From assembly GCA_009698575.1 (NCBI GenBank), contig WLPX01000008.1, positions 4,782 to 68,781 on the forward strand: 64,000 nt of DNA. The letters are read 5' to 3'. The DNA is from Actinomycetota bacterium (GTDB lineage Bacteria > Actinomycetota > Actinomycetes > S36-B12 > UBA5976). A program made the position numbers and the translations under genes. Each line of letters opens with the position of its first letter. Position 1 is the stretch's first letter. The notes under the pieces are model-generated. The model worked only from the letters and a program-made list of their open reading frames with translations, was not told where the DNA came from and did not search any database. This document shows positions 18,529-29,206 of this stretch, one piece after another.

Positions 18529-20763
18529 CTAAACGCGGTAGACGTCATAAACGCCGTCAATACCACGCACTGCACGTAACACTTGATTCAAATGCGATGG
18601 GTCACCCATCTCAAAAGTGAAGCGCGAAATCGCAACGCGATCCTTGGTAGTTGTCACTGAGGCATTCAAGATGTTCACGTGCTGATCCGATAGCGCGCGA
18701 GTTACATCAGATAATAATCGAGCGCGGTCTAAGGCTTCGACTTGGATATTCACCAAGAAGATGCTGCTCTTGCCCGGCGTCCAGGCAACCTCAACCAAAC
18801 GTTCTGGTTGCGCCCTAAGTGCTTGCGCATTTACGCAATCGGTGCGATGCACTGTAATACCAGAACCTCTGGTCACAAAACCTAATACTTCATCTCCTGG
18901 CACTGGAGTGCAGCAGCGAGAAAGCTTTACCCAAGTGTCATCTGCGCCAATTACCGTGATGCCAGGATCTGGTTTTTCATCCTTGCGATGTGCAACCCGG
19001 CTTGGCAAAACCTGTTCAGAGGCGTCTTCGATCACTCCTTCGTCGCCGCCAAGTGACACAGTCAATCTAGTGACTACAGTTTGAGCTCCTAAGTGTCCCT
19101 CGCCTACCGCAGCGTATAGCGCGCTGACATCGGCATAGTTTGATTCCACCGCCAAAGTGTTGAGCATGTTATTTGATAGCAAGCGAAGTGGAATTCCGCT
19201 CTTCTTCATTGCACGAACGATTGCTTCCTTGCCGGTATCAATCGCTTCTTCTCTGCGTTCTTTAGAGAACCAAGCTTTGATCTTTGATTTAGCTCGCGCA
19301 CTTGCGACTATGTTTATCCAGTCTCGAGATGGGCCAGCGGAATCCGATTTATTAGTGATGATCTCGACGTTGTCACCGTTAACGAGCTTGGTATCTAGCG
19401 GTGCCAATTTTCCATTTATGCGAGCGCCTACGCAGCGATTTCCAACTTCGGTATGCACACTATAAGCAAAGTCAATTGGCGTACTGCCCGCAGGTAGTGC
19501 CAAGACCTCACCTTTAGGTGTAAATACATAAACTTCAGCTGCGCCCAAGTCGTCGCGCAATGAATCCATGAAGTCGCCGGGATCGGCAGTTTCGCGCTGC
19601 CAATCCAGTAGCTGTCGTACCCAACCAAGATCATCTGGTCCGTCTTTACCAGCAACTCTGTCTTGTTTGTAGCGCCAATGTGATGCCACGCCATATTCTG
19701 CGGCGCGATGCATTTCGTGAGTACGAATTTGGAATTCAACAGGCTTGCCGTTCGGCCCGATGACAGTTGTATGCAGCGATTGGTACATAGTGAACTTAGG
19801 CATCGCTATGTAATCTTTGAATCTTCCTGGCACTGGATTCCAGCGATTGTGAATTATGCCTAGCGTTGCGTAACAATCTTGCACGCTATCCACCAAGATG
19901 CGAACGCCAATCAGATCATAGATATCGTCAAAATCGCGTCCGCGTACGATCATCTTTTGATAAATACTGTAAAAATGTTTTGGTCGACCAGAAACTACAG
20001 CCTTGATGTCGTTGCCGAGCAAGTCATTGTCAACGTACTCAACAATGGTTTGGAGGCTCTCGTCGCGTGCTGGCGCACGCTGCGATACCAAGCGTGCGAT
20101 CTCATCACTCATCTTTGGATAAAGCGAAGCAAATGCTAAGTCTTCAAGTTCCCATTTAATCGAGTTCATGCCGAGTCTATGAGCTAACGGTGCATAGATC
20201 TCTAAAGTCTCGCGCGCTTTTTGTTCCTGTTTTTCCACTGACAAGTAAGACAATGTGCGCATGTTGTGTAGCCGGTCGACAAGCTTGATAACTAACACGC
20301 GAATATCTCGGGCCATTGCCACGACCATCTTGCGCACAGTTTCCGACGCTGAAGTTTGACCGTACTTAACTTTGTCTAGTTTCGTTACACCGTCTACTAA
20401 GCCAGCAACTTCGTCACCGAAATCAACGCGTAGTTGATCTAAGTTGTAATCAGTGTCCTCGACAGTGTCATGAAGTAACGCTGCGATAACCGTTGGAGTG
20501 GTCATACCTAAATCAGCCAACAGTCCTGCCACTGCTATTGGGTGCGTTATGTACTGCTCCCCTGATTTACGATTTTGGAATCTATGGAAATAATCAGCAG
20601 TTTGAAACGCCCTAATGATCTCGGCAGTGTCAGATGCTGGGTGAAACTTAATTAATGCTTCTAGGACTTGTTTAAGTTGATCTGGAATTGGTGTTTCCAA
20701 ACCCTGCGGAAAGCGCTCAGCAAGGGCTACGGCAAGCGGAGCCGGCGAAATATCGCTAGTCAT
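18529..20763 (-). CDS. relA: Bifunctional (p)ppGpp synthetase/hydrolase Rel (RelA/SpoT family)
   Basis: 744-aa ORF with HD domain HDTVEDT, synthetase region YQSLHTTV, and TGS and ACT C-terminal domains. Conserved apt-rel synteny. Confidence 0.95.
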   Translation of the reverse strand: MTSDISPAPLAVALAERFPQGLETPIPDQLKQVLEALIKFHPASDTAEIIRAFQTADYFHRFQNRKSGEQYITHPIAVAGLLADLGMTTPTVIAALLHDTVEDTDYNLDQLRVDFGDEVAGLVDGVTKLDKVKYGQTSASETVRKMVVAMARDIRVLVIKLVDRLHNMRTLSYLSVEKQEQKARETLEIYAPLAHRLGMNSIKWELEDLAFASLYPKMSDEIARLVSQRAPARDESLQTIVEYVDNDLLGNDIKAVVSGRPKHFYSIYQKMIVRGRDFDDIYDLIGVRILVDSVQDCYATLGIIHNRWNPVPGRFKDYIAMPKFTMYQSLHTTVIGPNGKPVEFQIRTHEMHRAAEYGVASHWRYKQDRVAGKDGPDDLGWVRQLLDWQRETADPGDFMDSLRDDLGAAEVYVFTPKGEVLALPAGSTPIDFAYSVHTEVGNRCVGARINGKLAPLDTKLVNGDNVEIITNKSDSAGPSRDWINIVASARAKSKIKAWFSKERREEAIDTGKEAIVRAMKKSGIPLRLLSNNMLNTLAVESNYADVSALYAAVGEGHLGAQTVVTRLTVSLGGDEGVIEDASEQVLPSRVAHRKDEKPDPGITVIGADDTWVKLSRCCTPVPGDEVLGFVTRGSGITVHRTDCVNAQALRAQPERLVEVAWTPGKSSIFLVNIQVEALDRARLLSDVTRALSDQHVNILNASVTTTKDRVAISRFTFEMGDPSHLNQVLRAVRGIDGVYDVYRV

Positions 20764-20800
20764 GCTGCCTCCTTGCTTTTTCCTATTCTAATTGGAAATT

Positions 20801-21328
20801 TCACAAGACAGCGAAGACATCAATTCCAGAGTCAAGTTTGGCAACTTTAGCACTGCCACCCAAGAATGCCAGATCAAGAAGTATCGCTATGCCGACTACT
20901 TGTGCACCGCACTCTTGGATCAAGTCAATGGCAGCGCAGGCAGTTCCACCGGTAGCCAAGACATCGTCGACGATGATTACCCGATCATCAGAGTTAAGCG
21001 CATCGCGATGAATCTCGATGGAATCTGAACCATATTCGAGCTCATATTCTGCGCGGTAAGTTTCGCGTGGCAATTTGCCGCTCTTGCGGATTGGGACAAA
21101 GCCTAGATGCATGTGGGAAGCAAGGGAGGCGCCGAGAATAAACCCGCGAGCTTCAACTCCAACGATTCGCGTGACGCCAGAGTTAGCAAAATGTTGCGCG
21201 ATTTCTTGATTAACCCAAAGCGCCGCTTCTGGATCTCCAGAAATCGGAGTGACGTCTTTAAAGACCACACCAGGTAGCGGGTAATCCGCAATCTGGGCGA
21301 TTAACGCTGCTACTCCGTCACGATCCAT
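20801..21328 (-). CDS. apt: Adenine phosphoribosyltransferase
   Basis: 175-aa ORF, PRPP-binding motif VIIVDDVLATGGT. Confidence 0.93.
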   Translation of the reverse strand: MDRDGVAALIAQIADYPLPGVVFKDVTPISGDPEAALWVNQEIAQHFANSGVTRIVGVEARGFILGASLASHMHLGFVPIRKSGKLPRETYRAEYELEYGSDSIEIHRDALNSDDRVIIVDDVLATGGTACAAIDLIQECGAQVVGIAILLDLAFLGGSAKVAKLDSGIDVFAVL

Positions 21329-22416
21329 TATTGCTTCGTTCGACGGGCTCGAGTTTTCTTAACTTGTTGTTGACGTGGTCCTGCAGAGCTAACTATCGGA
21401 GCGCCAGGTGCGACAACGGCCTTAACTTCATCGCCAGCAGATCCGCTCTTACGTCGCGCTGCGACGCGCTTGGCTAGCGCGATGTTTTCGGCCTGACGTT
21501 CCTTAATCTGGCAAAGGATTGGAGTTGCAACGAAGATTGAAGAGTATGTACCAACAAGCATTCCAACAAACAGCGCAAGTGCTAAGTCATTCAATGTGCC
21601 AACCCCAAGCAATGAGACGCCTACTACCAGGATGGAAAGCACTGGAAGCAGTGCGACGATCGAAGTATTGATACTACGTACCAAAGTTTGATTCAATGCC
21701 AAGTTTGCCGCTTCGCTGTAAGTGCTTCGAGATCCGCCGTGGATACCATGAGTGTTCTCTCGGACTTTGTCGAACACCACGACTGTGTCGTAAAGCGAAT
21801 AACCCAGAATGGTTAAGAATCCGATGACACTAGCTGGTGTCACTTCAAAGCCACTAAGTGCATAAACGCCAACAGTAATGAGCACGTCATGTGCCAGTGC
21901 CACTAATGCTGCGATCGCCATAGGCCACTCGAAGTAAACAGCTAAGAAAATTGCAACTAAAACTAAGAAAACCAGTAACGCGCGCGCTGCATTCTTCGAT
22001 ACTTCATCGCCCCAAGTAGGACCTACTAATTGGACCTTAATTTCGGCTTCCGGTACGCCGAAAGACTCGGCTAGCGCAGAACTCAGTGCATTCGATTCTT
22101 CGGTAGTCAGTGCTGGTGTTTGAATTCGCACCGTGTCACCGCCAACTATGGTAACGCTGGACGGAGTTTCTCCGGCTGCGATGACGGTTTCTCGGCCCTG
22201 GGTAACTGATTGATCAGTTGCCTGCGCCACAGGAACTGAGAACTCGGCGCCACCCTTAAATTCAATTCCGAGATTCAGGCCGCGAACACCAAGAGTTGCA
22301 ATTGAGAGAATTAAAAGAATTCCAGAAACTGCATACCAAGCCTTACGGCGACCAACAATGTTAAATGAAACATCGCCACGATAGAGGCTATTTCCTAACC
22401 GACTCAAACTAGCCAT
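21328..22416 (-). CDS. secF: Protein translocase subunit SecF
   Basis: 362-aa multi-TM ORF directly downstream of secD, sharing a 1-nt overlap. Confidence 0.92.
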   Translation of the reverse strand: MASLSRLGNSLYRGDVSFNIVGRRKAWYAVSGILLILSIATLGVRGLNLGIEFKGGAEFSVPVAQATDQSVTQGRETVIAAGETPSSVTIVGGDTVRIQTPALTTEESNALSSALAESFGVPEAEIKVQLVGPTWGDEVSKNAARALLVFLVLVAIFLAVYFEWPMAIAALVALAHDVLITVGVYALSGFEVTPASVIGFLTILGYSLYDTVVVFDKVRENTHGIHGGSRSTYSEAANLALNQTLVRSINTSIVALLPVLSILVVGVSLLGVGTLNDLALALFVGMLVGTYSSIFVATPILCQIKERQAENIALAKRVAARRKSGSAGDEVKAVVAPGAPIVSSAGPRQQQVKKTRARRTKQ

Positions 22417-24041
22417 TAGTTAACCTCCTGCGCTGTCTTAGTGACCCCTAGTCGTTCTGGTGACACCCCGGTCCAAGCTGAGCCCGCATTCATCCAATGC
22501 GAATTGCCTAATTTAGTTACCAGCGAACGAGTAAACATGAAAGCAACTGCAATATCAACAAAGGTAATCAGCCCTAGCGTGAATGCGAAACCGCGAACAC
22601 TGCCAACTGATAAGTAGTAAAGAATTACAGCAGCTAGCAGCGACACGAAGTCAGCGGCCAAAATAGTTCGACGGGCGCGAGTCCATCCTTGGTCAACAGC
22701 CGCTCGCAGTCGCTTCCCTTCGCGGATTTCATCGCGGATTCGCTCGAAATAGATCACAAATGAATCCGCGGTAATACCAATCGCGACAATCGCTCCAGCA
22801 ATTCCCGACAGTGTCAAAGTAAAGCCAATACCTCGACCTAAAAGAATGAAAATTAAATAAGTCATGATTGCGGCAGCAAAAAGACTGACAACAGCGACAA
22901 CACCTAGCGCGCGGTAATAAAGCAATAGGTAAATGATCACCAGAAGCAATCCAAAGCCACCAGCTAGCAAACCAGCATGCAGTTGATCATTACCAAGTGT
23001 TGGTGAAATCTGTTGGACTTCATCAACGTCAAGGCTGACTGGAAGGGCGCCGAACTTAAGCACTTGAGCTAAAGCGCGCGCTTCATCTGCTGTGAAGGAC
23101 CCCGAAATAACGGCCGAGCCACCCAAGATCGGTTCGTTTACCGCAGGTGCACTGATAACTACGCCATCAAGCACAATTGCAAATTGGTTATTTGGGGTTT
23201 GTTGCGCCGAAAGGGTCGTCGTAGAGTCTGCAAACTTTTTCGCACCTTCCGTGGTCATTTGTAGATCAACTTGCCACCCACCTGCGCCCTGCTGCGGAAG
23301 TCCGGCAGTAGCTCCTTCAATGTCGGTACCTACTAAGTCAGCCGGAGCTAACACGTACTTAATCGAGCCATCTTTTTCACAGCTAATTAAATATTGAGCT
23401 GGATCATCGGTAGCGCCATTTTTGATATCTGAAGTTGCGCAATCTAAAGCGGCAAATCGATCTGGGAAATCTCCAGAGGCGTCAGGTGACTGAATCGGCG
23501 GCACCATGAGCTCTGGTGCAACAGAAACTGATGGTGATGGGGTTGGTGTTGGACTGGCGGAAGCACTCGGCGAAGCACTGGCTGTTGCACTAGCTGTTGC
23601 ACTGGCTGCCGGACTTGCACTGTCGCTAGGTGTTGGCGATGTTGACGGCTGCGGTGAACCATAATCAATTGCCACTACTGCTCGGAAATTAAGTTGTGCT
23701 GTTGTTTTCAATTGATCAACAACAGTGCGACTTGTTTCACCTGGTATTGTCACAATAATTTTCGCGCCATCTCCGGTGCCTTGAATAGTTACTTCAGATT
23801 CAGCCACACCGAAACCATCAACGCGCTGGCGAATGATTGCAACAGTTTGGTTCAACTGCTCTGGCGACAAAGTTGCACCAGCTGCAACTTGTGGCGAAAG
23901 GATGACCTGGGTGCCACCACGAAGGTCAAGGCCGAGTTTTGGTGCGTGATTTTGGCCTGGCCAGAAAGCCCAAACTGCTAGACCCACGATAGAAACCAGG
24001 AATATCAACAGCGAACGGCCAGGACGGTAATGCTTAGCCAC
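22416..24041 (-). CDS. secD: Protein translocase subunit SecD
   Basis: 541-aa ORF, LGLDLRGG motif, RND-like C-terminal TM bundle, and a Ser/Ala/Pro/Thr-rich insertion in the periplasmic domain. GTG start. Confidence 0.92.
   Translation of the reverse strand: MAKHYRPGRSLLIFLVSIVGLAVWAFWPGQNHAPKLGLDLRGGTQVILSPQVAAGATLSPEQLNQTVAIIRQRVDGFGVAESEVTIQGTGDGAKIIVTIPGETSRTVVDQLKTTAQLNFRAVVAIDYGSPQPSTSPTPSDSASPAASATASATASASPSASASPTPTPSPSVSVAPELMVPPIQSPDASGDFPDRFAALDCATSDIKNGATDDPAQYLISCEKDGSIKYVLAPADLVGTDIEGATAGLPQQGAGGWQVDLQMTTEGAKKFADSTTTLSAQQTPNNQFAIVLDGVVISAPAVNEPILGGSAVISGSFTADEARALAQVLKFGALPVSLDVDEVQQISPTLGNDQLHAGLLAGGFGLLLVIIYLLLYYRALGVVAVVSLFAAAIMTYLIFILLGRGIGFTLTLSGIAGAIVAIGITADSFVIYFERIRDEIREGKRLRAAVDQGWTRARRTILAADFVSLLAAVILYYLSVGSVRGFAFTLGLITFVDIAVAFMFTRSLVTKLGNSHWMNAGSAWTGVSPERLGVTKTAQEVN
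23521..23655 (-). repeat. Low-complexity S/A/P/T-rich coding tract with about 12-nt periodicity inside secD
   Basis: The DNA reads gaagcactcggc gaagcactggct gttgcactagct gttgcactggct. It encodes SPTPSDSASPAASATASATASASPSASASPTPTPSPS. Confidence 0.7.
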
Positions 24042-24136
24042 GTATAAAGCCTTTTCGTTAAAGATGCGGGTAGTGTGCCTAGCGGCACTGTCTAACTAAG
24101 TTTAGTGGGCTAATTTGGTGGCGTTACGCCTGGCTA

Positions 24137-25162
24137 TCAATCATCTAGAGGTAATTGATCGGGCAGTTTAGGTAATTTTCTGCCAAGCGCCGTCCAGGCT
24201 GCTGGGGTGGCTACCCGACCTCGTGGGGTACGAGTTATGAAGCCTTCTCGAACTAAAAATGGCTCGCAAACTGTATCCACAGTTTCTGGCTCCTCGGCTA
24301 CTGCCAGCGCCAATGTTGAAAGCCCAACTGGACCGCCACCAAATTTGTCAATCAAGGCGATCAGAACAGCGCGGTCTAATCGATCTAGTCCTAAGTCGTC
24401 GACTTCATATAGCTCTAGTGCTGCTTGGGTGCGAACTAGATTTATTGACCCATCATGGTGAACTTGCGCGTAATCACGAGTTCGTCGCAATAGCCGATTC
24501 GCAATTCTTGGTGTTCCGCGGGAACGTTTGGATAGTTCTGCAGCCGAGTCACTATCTATGGCAATACCCAATTGTTTGGCTGACCTATGAACTATGGCTT
24601 CGAGTTCAATTGGCTCGTAATAATCCAAGTACGCCGTGAATCCGAATCGGTCGCGAAGTGGCGCTGGCAACATACCAGCCCGAGTTGTTGCGCCAACTAA
24701 TGTGAAGGGCGGCAATTCAAGCGGGATCGAAGTTGCCCCTGGTCCTTTGCCGACCATGACATCGACGCGAAAATCTTCCATCGCCAGATAAAGCATTTCT
24801 TCGGCTGCCCGAGACATTCGGTGTATTTCATCTAAGAACAACACTTCACCAGGAACCAAACTTGAAAGTATGCTCGCCAAGTCGCCCGCATGCTGAATTG
24901 TTGGCCCACTTGTGATGCGCATTGGCGATCCAACTTCGGAGGCAATGATCATGGCCAAAGTTGTTTTGCCCAGTCCAGGCGGGCCTGAAAGCAAAATGTG
25001 ATCCGCGCTTGAGTTACGTTGCTTTGCAGCGCTTAAAACTAATTGCAATTGATCTTTAACTCGCTTTTGTCCAACGAATTCAGCCAGTGAGGCAGGGCGT
25101 AAGGCAGCATCCGCAGTCTGTTCGGCCGCAGATAGTTCAGGACTCACCATGCGATCGCTCAT
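24137..25162 (-). CDS. ruvB: Holliday junction branch migration helicase RuvB
   Basis: 341-aa ORF, Walker [12 protein letters not shown], ruvCAB order. Confidence 0.95.
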   Translation of the reverse strand: MSDRMVSPELSAAEQTADAALRPASLAEFVGQKRVKDQLQLVLSAAKQRNSSADHILLSGPPGLGKTTLAMIIASEVGSPMRITSGPTIQHAGDLASILSSLVPGEVLFLDEIHRMSRAAEEMLYLAMEDFRVDVMVGKGPGATSIPLELPPFTLVGATTRAGMLPAPLRDRFGFTAYLDYYEPIELEAIVHRSAKQLGIAIDSDSAAELSKRSRGTPRIANRLLRRTRDYAQVHHDGSINLVRTQAALELYEVDDLGLDRLDRAVLIALIDKFGGGPVGLSTLALAVAEEPETVDTVCEPFLVREGFITRTPRGRVATPAAWTALGRKLPKLPDQLPLDD

Positions 25163-25755
25163 GCGCCCGCCAAAATCTGTAGCGCTCGACGTAGCAGTTC
25201 AGAAATTGCTGCCGCATCATCAACGCCTTCTTCGATCACGGCACTGATGGCTCGTTGCGCATCCCGGCTTGACCAACCTAGACCGAGCAGGCCTCGCTCA
25301 ACTTGTATTTGCCATTGGATGGATTTGTTGCCGCCGTGCTTTGCGCCACTGCTTGGCGTACCAATTCGATCTTTGAGTTCCAGAACGAGGCGCTGTGCAC
25401 CCTTAGCTCCAACGCCGGGTGTTTGTTTTAGTCTGGCGACGTCTTCGTTGCCAATTGCAGTACGTAATTCATCGGCAGGCAGTGCGGACAAGATGGTGAA
25501 GGCGAGCTTTGGTCCAAAGCCTGAAACTCCTTGCACTACTTCGAACATTTCGCGATTTTCCGAATTAGTAAAACCAAAAAGTGTTAATGAATCTTCGCGC
25601 ACAACTAATGAAGTGAATAGCGTCAACTCATTTCCGATTCGAGCCTCGGCAATTGTGTCAGGTGCGCACATCACCATCATGCCAACTCCCCCAACAGCGA
25701 TAACGAGTGAATCGACTCGGATTTCAAGAACTGGCCCGCGCAAGGAAGAAATCAT
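25159..25755 (-). CDS. ruvA: Holliday junction DNA-binding protein RuvA
   Basis: 198-aa ORF, MISSLRG N-terminus and HhH region [20 protein letters not shown]. Confidence 0.93.
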   Translation of the reverse strand: MISSLRGPVLEIRVDSLVIAVGGVGMMVMCAPDTIAEARIGNELTLFTSLVVREDSLTLFGFTNSENREMFEVVQGVSGFGPKLAFTILSALPADELRTAIGNEDVARLKQTPGVGAKGAQRLVLELKDRIGTPSSGAKHGGNKSIQWQIQVERGLLGLGWSSRDAQRAISAVIEEGVDDAAAISELLRRALQILAGA

Positions 25756-26279
25756 TAGTTATTCACCATCGCCATTTTCGAAACCTGTTCAGCGATTCTG
25801 GCGCGACCTTGGCCCTTCCAAGCGTGACAAAGCGCAAGTGCTAACGCATCCGCAGCGTCTGCAGGTTTAGGTGGTTCGGCTAAACCAAGTAGTCGAGTCA
25901 CCATCGCTGTGATCTGGGATTTATCTGCGCGACCGTATCCCGTAACAGCCGCCTTAACTTCAGTCGGCGTGTACATTGCAACGTCTAACTGGTTTCTAGC
26001 TGCAATCAACATTGCAACTGCGCTGGCTTGCGCTGTTCCCATCGCAGTGCGCACATTATGTTGACTAAAAACACGCTCGATCGCGACTGCATCTGGTTGG
26101 TAAGTTTCGAAAAGCTCAACTAGACCAGATTCGAGTTCAAGAAGTCGCGCGGGCAATTCGTTCGTGCTAGGCGTTCGGATTACGTGCACAGCCACAAAAC
26201 TGGCGCGCCGATTCGAGTTCAGGTCCACAACACCAACGCCACATCGCGTCAGGCCGGGATCAATCCCCAAAATCCTCAT
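25755..26279 (-). CDS. ruvC: Crossover junction endodeoxyribonuclease RuvC
   Basis: 174-aa ORF, MRILGIDPGLTRCG catalytic N-terminus. GGAGG lies 6 nt upstream of the ATG. Confidence 0.95.
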   Translation of the reverse strand: MRILGIDPGLTRCGVGVVDLNSNRRASFVAVHVIRTPSTNELPARLLELESGLVELFETYQPDAVAIERVFSQHNVRTAMGTAQASAVAMLIAARNQLDVAMYTPTEVKAAVTGYGRADKSQITAMVTRLLGLAEPPKPADAADALALALCHAWKGQGRARIAEQVSKMAMVNN

Positions 26280-26288
26280 AATTTCCTC

Positions 26289-26302
26289 CGAACATCTGTT
26301 CG
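26289..26302 (-). promoter_or_regulatory. LexA SOS box (Cheo-type) upstream of ruvCAB
   Basis: CGAACATCTGTTCG is a perfect palindrome. With flanks, CCGAACATCTGTTCGA matches 15/16 positions of the mycobacterial consensus TCGAAC-N4-GTTCGA. It ends next to the ruvC RBS, 10 nt before the ATG. Confidence 0.75.
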
Positions 26303-26345
26303 AAAGCCTATGGCATATCGGGTCAAATGTGGCGGATTTGGGGCT

Positions 26346-27098
26346 TTAGTCGTCTAGTTCTGCCAGAACTTCGTCGGAAATATCAATATTTGTAAAGACA
26401 TTCTGGACATCGTCTACGTCTTCTAGTGCCTCAATCAACACAAAAACCTTGCGAGCGGTATCAGCATCAACTGGAACCGTCATGTTCGGCACAAAAGTTG
26501 ATTCTGCCGATTCGTAGTCAATACCGGCAGCTTGTAGAGCCTGCCGCACTGCAACGACGTCTTTGGAGTCACTGATGATCTCGATGCTGCCGCCGTGGTC
26601 ATTTACTTCTTCTGCTCCGGCTTCCAAAACAGCTTCCAGAATCGCTTCCTCAGTTGAGGCGCCTTCGGGAACCATTACAACGCCCTTGCGTTCGAACATG
26701 TAAGAAACCGATCCTGGATCAGCCATGTTTCCGCCATTGCGCGTAACTGCCACGCGAGTATCTGAGGCAGCACGATTGCGATTGTCTGACAGACATTCAA
26801 TTAGGATCGCAACTCCGTTTGGTCCATAACCTTCGTACATGATGGTCTGGTAATCAGCGCCACCAGCTTCAACACCGGAACCGCGCTTAACTGCGCGATC
26901 GATGTTGTCATTTGGAACTGAGCTCTTCTTGGCTTTTACAATTGCATCGAAAAGAGTTGGGTTGGCCGAAGTATCTCCCCCGCCGAGTCTGGCGGCGACT
27001 TCGATATTTTTGATTAGCTTTGCAAAAAGTTTTCCACGCCGCGAATCGATAACTGCTTTCTTGTGCTTGGTTGTTGCCCATTTGGAATGTCCACTCAT
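26346..27098 (-). CDS. YebC/PmpR family DNA-binding transcriptional regulator
   Basis: 250-aa [19 protein letters not shown]-terminus diagnostic for the YebC family. Confidence 0.93.
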   Translation of the reverse strand: MSGHSKWATTKHKKAVIDSRRGKLFAKLIKNIEVAARLGGGDTSANPTLFDAIVKAKKSSVPNDNIDRAVKRGSGVEAGGADYQTIMYEGYGPNGVAILIECLSDNRNRAASDTRVAVTRNGGNMADPGSVSYMFERKGVVMVPEGASTEEAILEAVLEAGAEEVNDHGGSIEIISDSKDVVAVRQALQAAGIDYESAESTFVPNMTVPVDADTARKVFVLIEALEDVDDVQNVFTNIDISDEVLAELDD

Positions 27099-27700
27099 GC
27101 TGACCTCACCATGTCTACAAAATACTTATGAATTCTTAAATCAGGAGTTATCTCGGGGTGAAATGAAGTCGCCATGAGATTATCTTGCCTTACTGCTACC
27201 ACTTGATCAGTGCCGGTTAGTGATTTATCAGCAGGAATCGCTGCAAGCACTTCAACTGCTGAGCTTGCTGCTTCAACGAGTGGCGCACGAATAAACACGG
27301 CATGGTAATCGGGTGCGCCAATTGCAGAAATATGCAGATCAATTTCAAATGAATCAACTTGGCGTCCAAACGCATTGCGCTTTGCTGTGATGTCAAGACC
27401 GCCAATTGTTTCTTGATCTGGACGACCATCCGTAATTGTGCCTGCCAACATAATCAATCCAGCGCAAGAGCCATACATCGGAATCTGATTACGAAGTTCT
27501 CGCAATGGTTCAAACAAGTTGTTTTTCACAGCAAGAATGCTCATAGTTGTAGATTCACCACCGGGAATAACTAACCCAGCTATGCCCTTTAGTTGCTCAG
27601 CTGTTTTGACTAATCGCACATCAACATCGAGTTGCGTTAGACAATGTGCGTGTTCCCGCACGTCACCTTGGATTGCGAGAACCCCAATTACTGGGGACAT
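27095..27700 (-). CDS. pdxT: Pyridoxal 5'-phosphate synthase glutaminase subunit PdxT
   Basis: 201-aa [16 protein letters not shown]-terminus and class I amidotransferase Cys (GSCAG). Confidence 0.93.
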   Translation of the reverse strand: MSPVIGVLAIQGDVREHAHCLTQLDVDVRLVKTAEQLKGIAGLVIPGGESTTMSILAVKNNLFEPLRELRNQIPMYGSCAGLIMLAGTITDGRPDQETIGGLDITAKRNAFGRQVDSFEIDLHISAIGAPDYHAVFIRAPLVEAASSAVEVLAAIPADKSLTGTDQVVAVRQDNLMATSFHPEITPDLRIHKYFVDMVRSA

Positions 27701-27705
27701 AGCAA

Positions 27706-28611
27706 TTACCAGCCGCGATCAGCTAAACGATGAGGTACCGGAATGTCAGCAACGTTGATGCCAACCATTGCTTCGCCTAGGCCGCGTGATGCTTTAGCAA
27801 TTTCATCTGGATTGTCGAAGTGAAGTGTTGCCTGCACGATTGCATTGGCACGCTTAACTGGGTCGCCAGACTTGAAAATACCAGAGCCAACGAATACTCC
27901 GTCAGCTCCAAGTTGCATCATCATTGCAGCATCTGCAGGTGTTGCAATACCGCCAGCCGTGAACAGCACAACCGGGAGCGCGCCCTTTTCAGCAACTTCA
28001 CAAACTAAGTCATACGGTGCCTGAAGCTCTTTGGCTGCCACATAAAGTTCATCTTTGGTCATTGAAGATAGGCGGCGAATTTCAGCCTTGATTGTCCGGA
28101 TGTGACCGGTTGCATTTGAAACATCACCGGTTCCAGCTTCACCCTTAGAGCGAATCATTGCTGCACCTTCGTTGATGCGACGAAGTGCTTCACCAAGATT
28201 TGTAGCGCCGCAAACAAAAGGAACAGTGAACTGCCATTTGTCAATGTGGTTTATGTAATCAGCAGGAGTTAAAACTTCAGATTCATCGATGTAATCCACG
28301 CCAAGACTTTGAATAACTTGAGCTTCAACAAAATGTCCAATGCGGGCTTTTGCCATGACCGGAATTGAAACGGCACGAATAATTTCATCAATCATGTCGG
28401 GATCTGACATACGAGCAACGCCGCCCTGGGCGCGAATGTCTGCAGGCACTCGCTCAAGAGCCATCACTGCAATTGCGCCAGCGTCTTCAGCAATCTTGGC
28501 TTGCTCAACGTTAACGACGTCCATGATGACGCCACCCTTAAGCATGTCTGCCATGCCGCGCTTTACGCGTTTGGTGCCTGTAACGCCAGTGTTAATTGCA
28601 TCTTTTGCCAT
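27706..28611 (-). CDS. pdxS: Pyridoxal 5'-phosphate synthase lyase subunit PdxS
   Basis: 301-aa [24 protein letters not shown] motif. Confidence 0.95.
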   Translation of the reverse strand: MAKDAINTGVTGTKRVKRGMADMLKGGVIMDVVNVEQAKIAEDAGAIAVMALERVPADIRAQGGVARMSDPDMIDEIIRAVSIPVMAKARIGHFVEAQVIQSLGVDYIDESEVLTPADYINHIDKWQFTVPFVCGATNLGEALRRINEGAAMIRSKGEAGTGDVSNATGHIRTIKAEIRRLSSMTKDELYVAAKELQAPYDLVCEVAEKGALPVVLFTAGGIATPADAAMMMQLGADGVFVGSGIFKSGDPVKRANAIVQATLHFDNPDEIAKASRGLGEAMVGINVADIPVPHRLADRGW

Positions 28612-28657
28612 GAGGTCCTCTTAGGTGCTTATTCGGATTCCCCAAGTCTAGCGAGCG

Positions 28658-29206
28658 CTAGACAATTCGCGAATCGGCAAGTGCCGGGGGCATTTGATCG
28701 TCAAAATCGATAGTTTGTGGTCGGGGTGCGTGGCCGGCTAATCGGAATATTCGTACTAAGAATTGTTCCCGAATTTCCAAACAATCGCGTACCGCATCGG
28801 TGTGGAATTGGTGGCTCAAAATTATTCGATCGCAAACTTGTGCTAATTCATCCAATAACTGTGAGGCATATTCGTTGGTGCGGATTTCGTTGACTTCCTC
28901 GACTTCATCCATGGTCATTAGCAAGACATTGGTCAATTCATCCTCGACTTGCGAGCGCTCTATCACCTCTTGCAGGATCAGAACTTCGTGAGCTGCTTGA
29001 CCCCATAGAACAGACAGTGCCGGATCTACTCCAGGGACCGCGGCTAACTCAGCCACAATCCCGCCTCGGCGGACTAGCTGTCCATGTAGCGCTAACTCCG
29101 TAACATCGATGCGATGATGCAGGCGATCAAGCCGGCCCGCTTGGTGGCTCAAATACCAAATACCAAAGGCAACGCACAGCAACCAAAAGATTGCTTCGTT
29201 ACTCAT
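28658..29206 (-). CDS. Membrane-anchored hypothetical protein, possibly a divergent LemA-like protein
   Basis: 182-aa ORF with an N-terminal TM helix (IFWLLCVAFGIWYL). It loosely resembles LemA segments (..RIDVTE..L..R...V.EL.. and ..RI.....F..DAV....E..). The ATG overlaps the pimA stop (ATGA). Confidence 0.35.
   Translation of the reverse strand: MSNEAIFWLLCVAFGIWYLSHQAGRLDRLHHRIDVTELALHGQLVRRGGIVAELAAVPGVDPALSVLWGQAAHEVLILQEVIERSQVEDELTNVLLMTMDEVEEVNEIRTNEYASQLLDELAQVCDRIILSHQFHTDAVRDCLEIREQFLVRIFRLAGHAPRPQTIDFDDQMPPALADSRIV

Noticed and set aside
24042-24136. No yajC between ruvB and secD, where many actinobacteria encode it. Only 95 nt of spacer is present, with weak hairpins.
   Set aside because: Absence from this locus does not show absence from the genome, because yajC can sit elsewhere. 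There is no remnant ORF in the spacer to call a pseudogene.
25247-25870. Long antisense or alternative-frame ORFs: 207 aa opposite ruvA, 193 aa at 47637-48218 opposite the methyltransferase, 204 aa at 41642-42256 opposite rnd, and 177 aa at 17987-18520 in another frame of the DUF349 gene.
   Set aside because: Each lies entirely within a gene that has strong family motifs. Their translations are low-complexity (Ser/Arg/Pro/Ala-rich) with no recognisable domains, which is typical of shadow ORFs.
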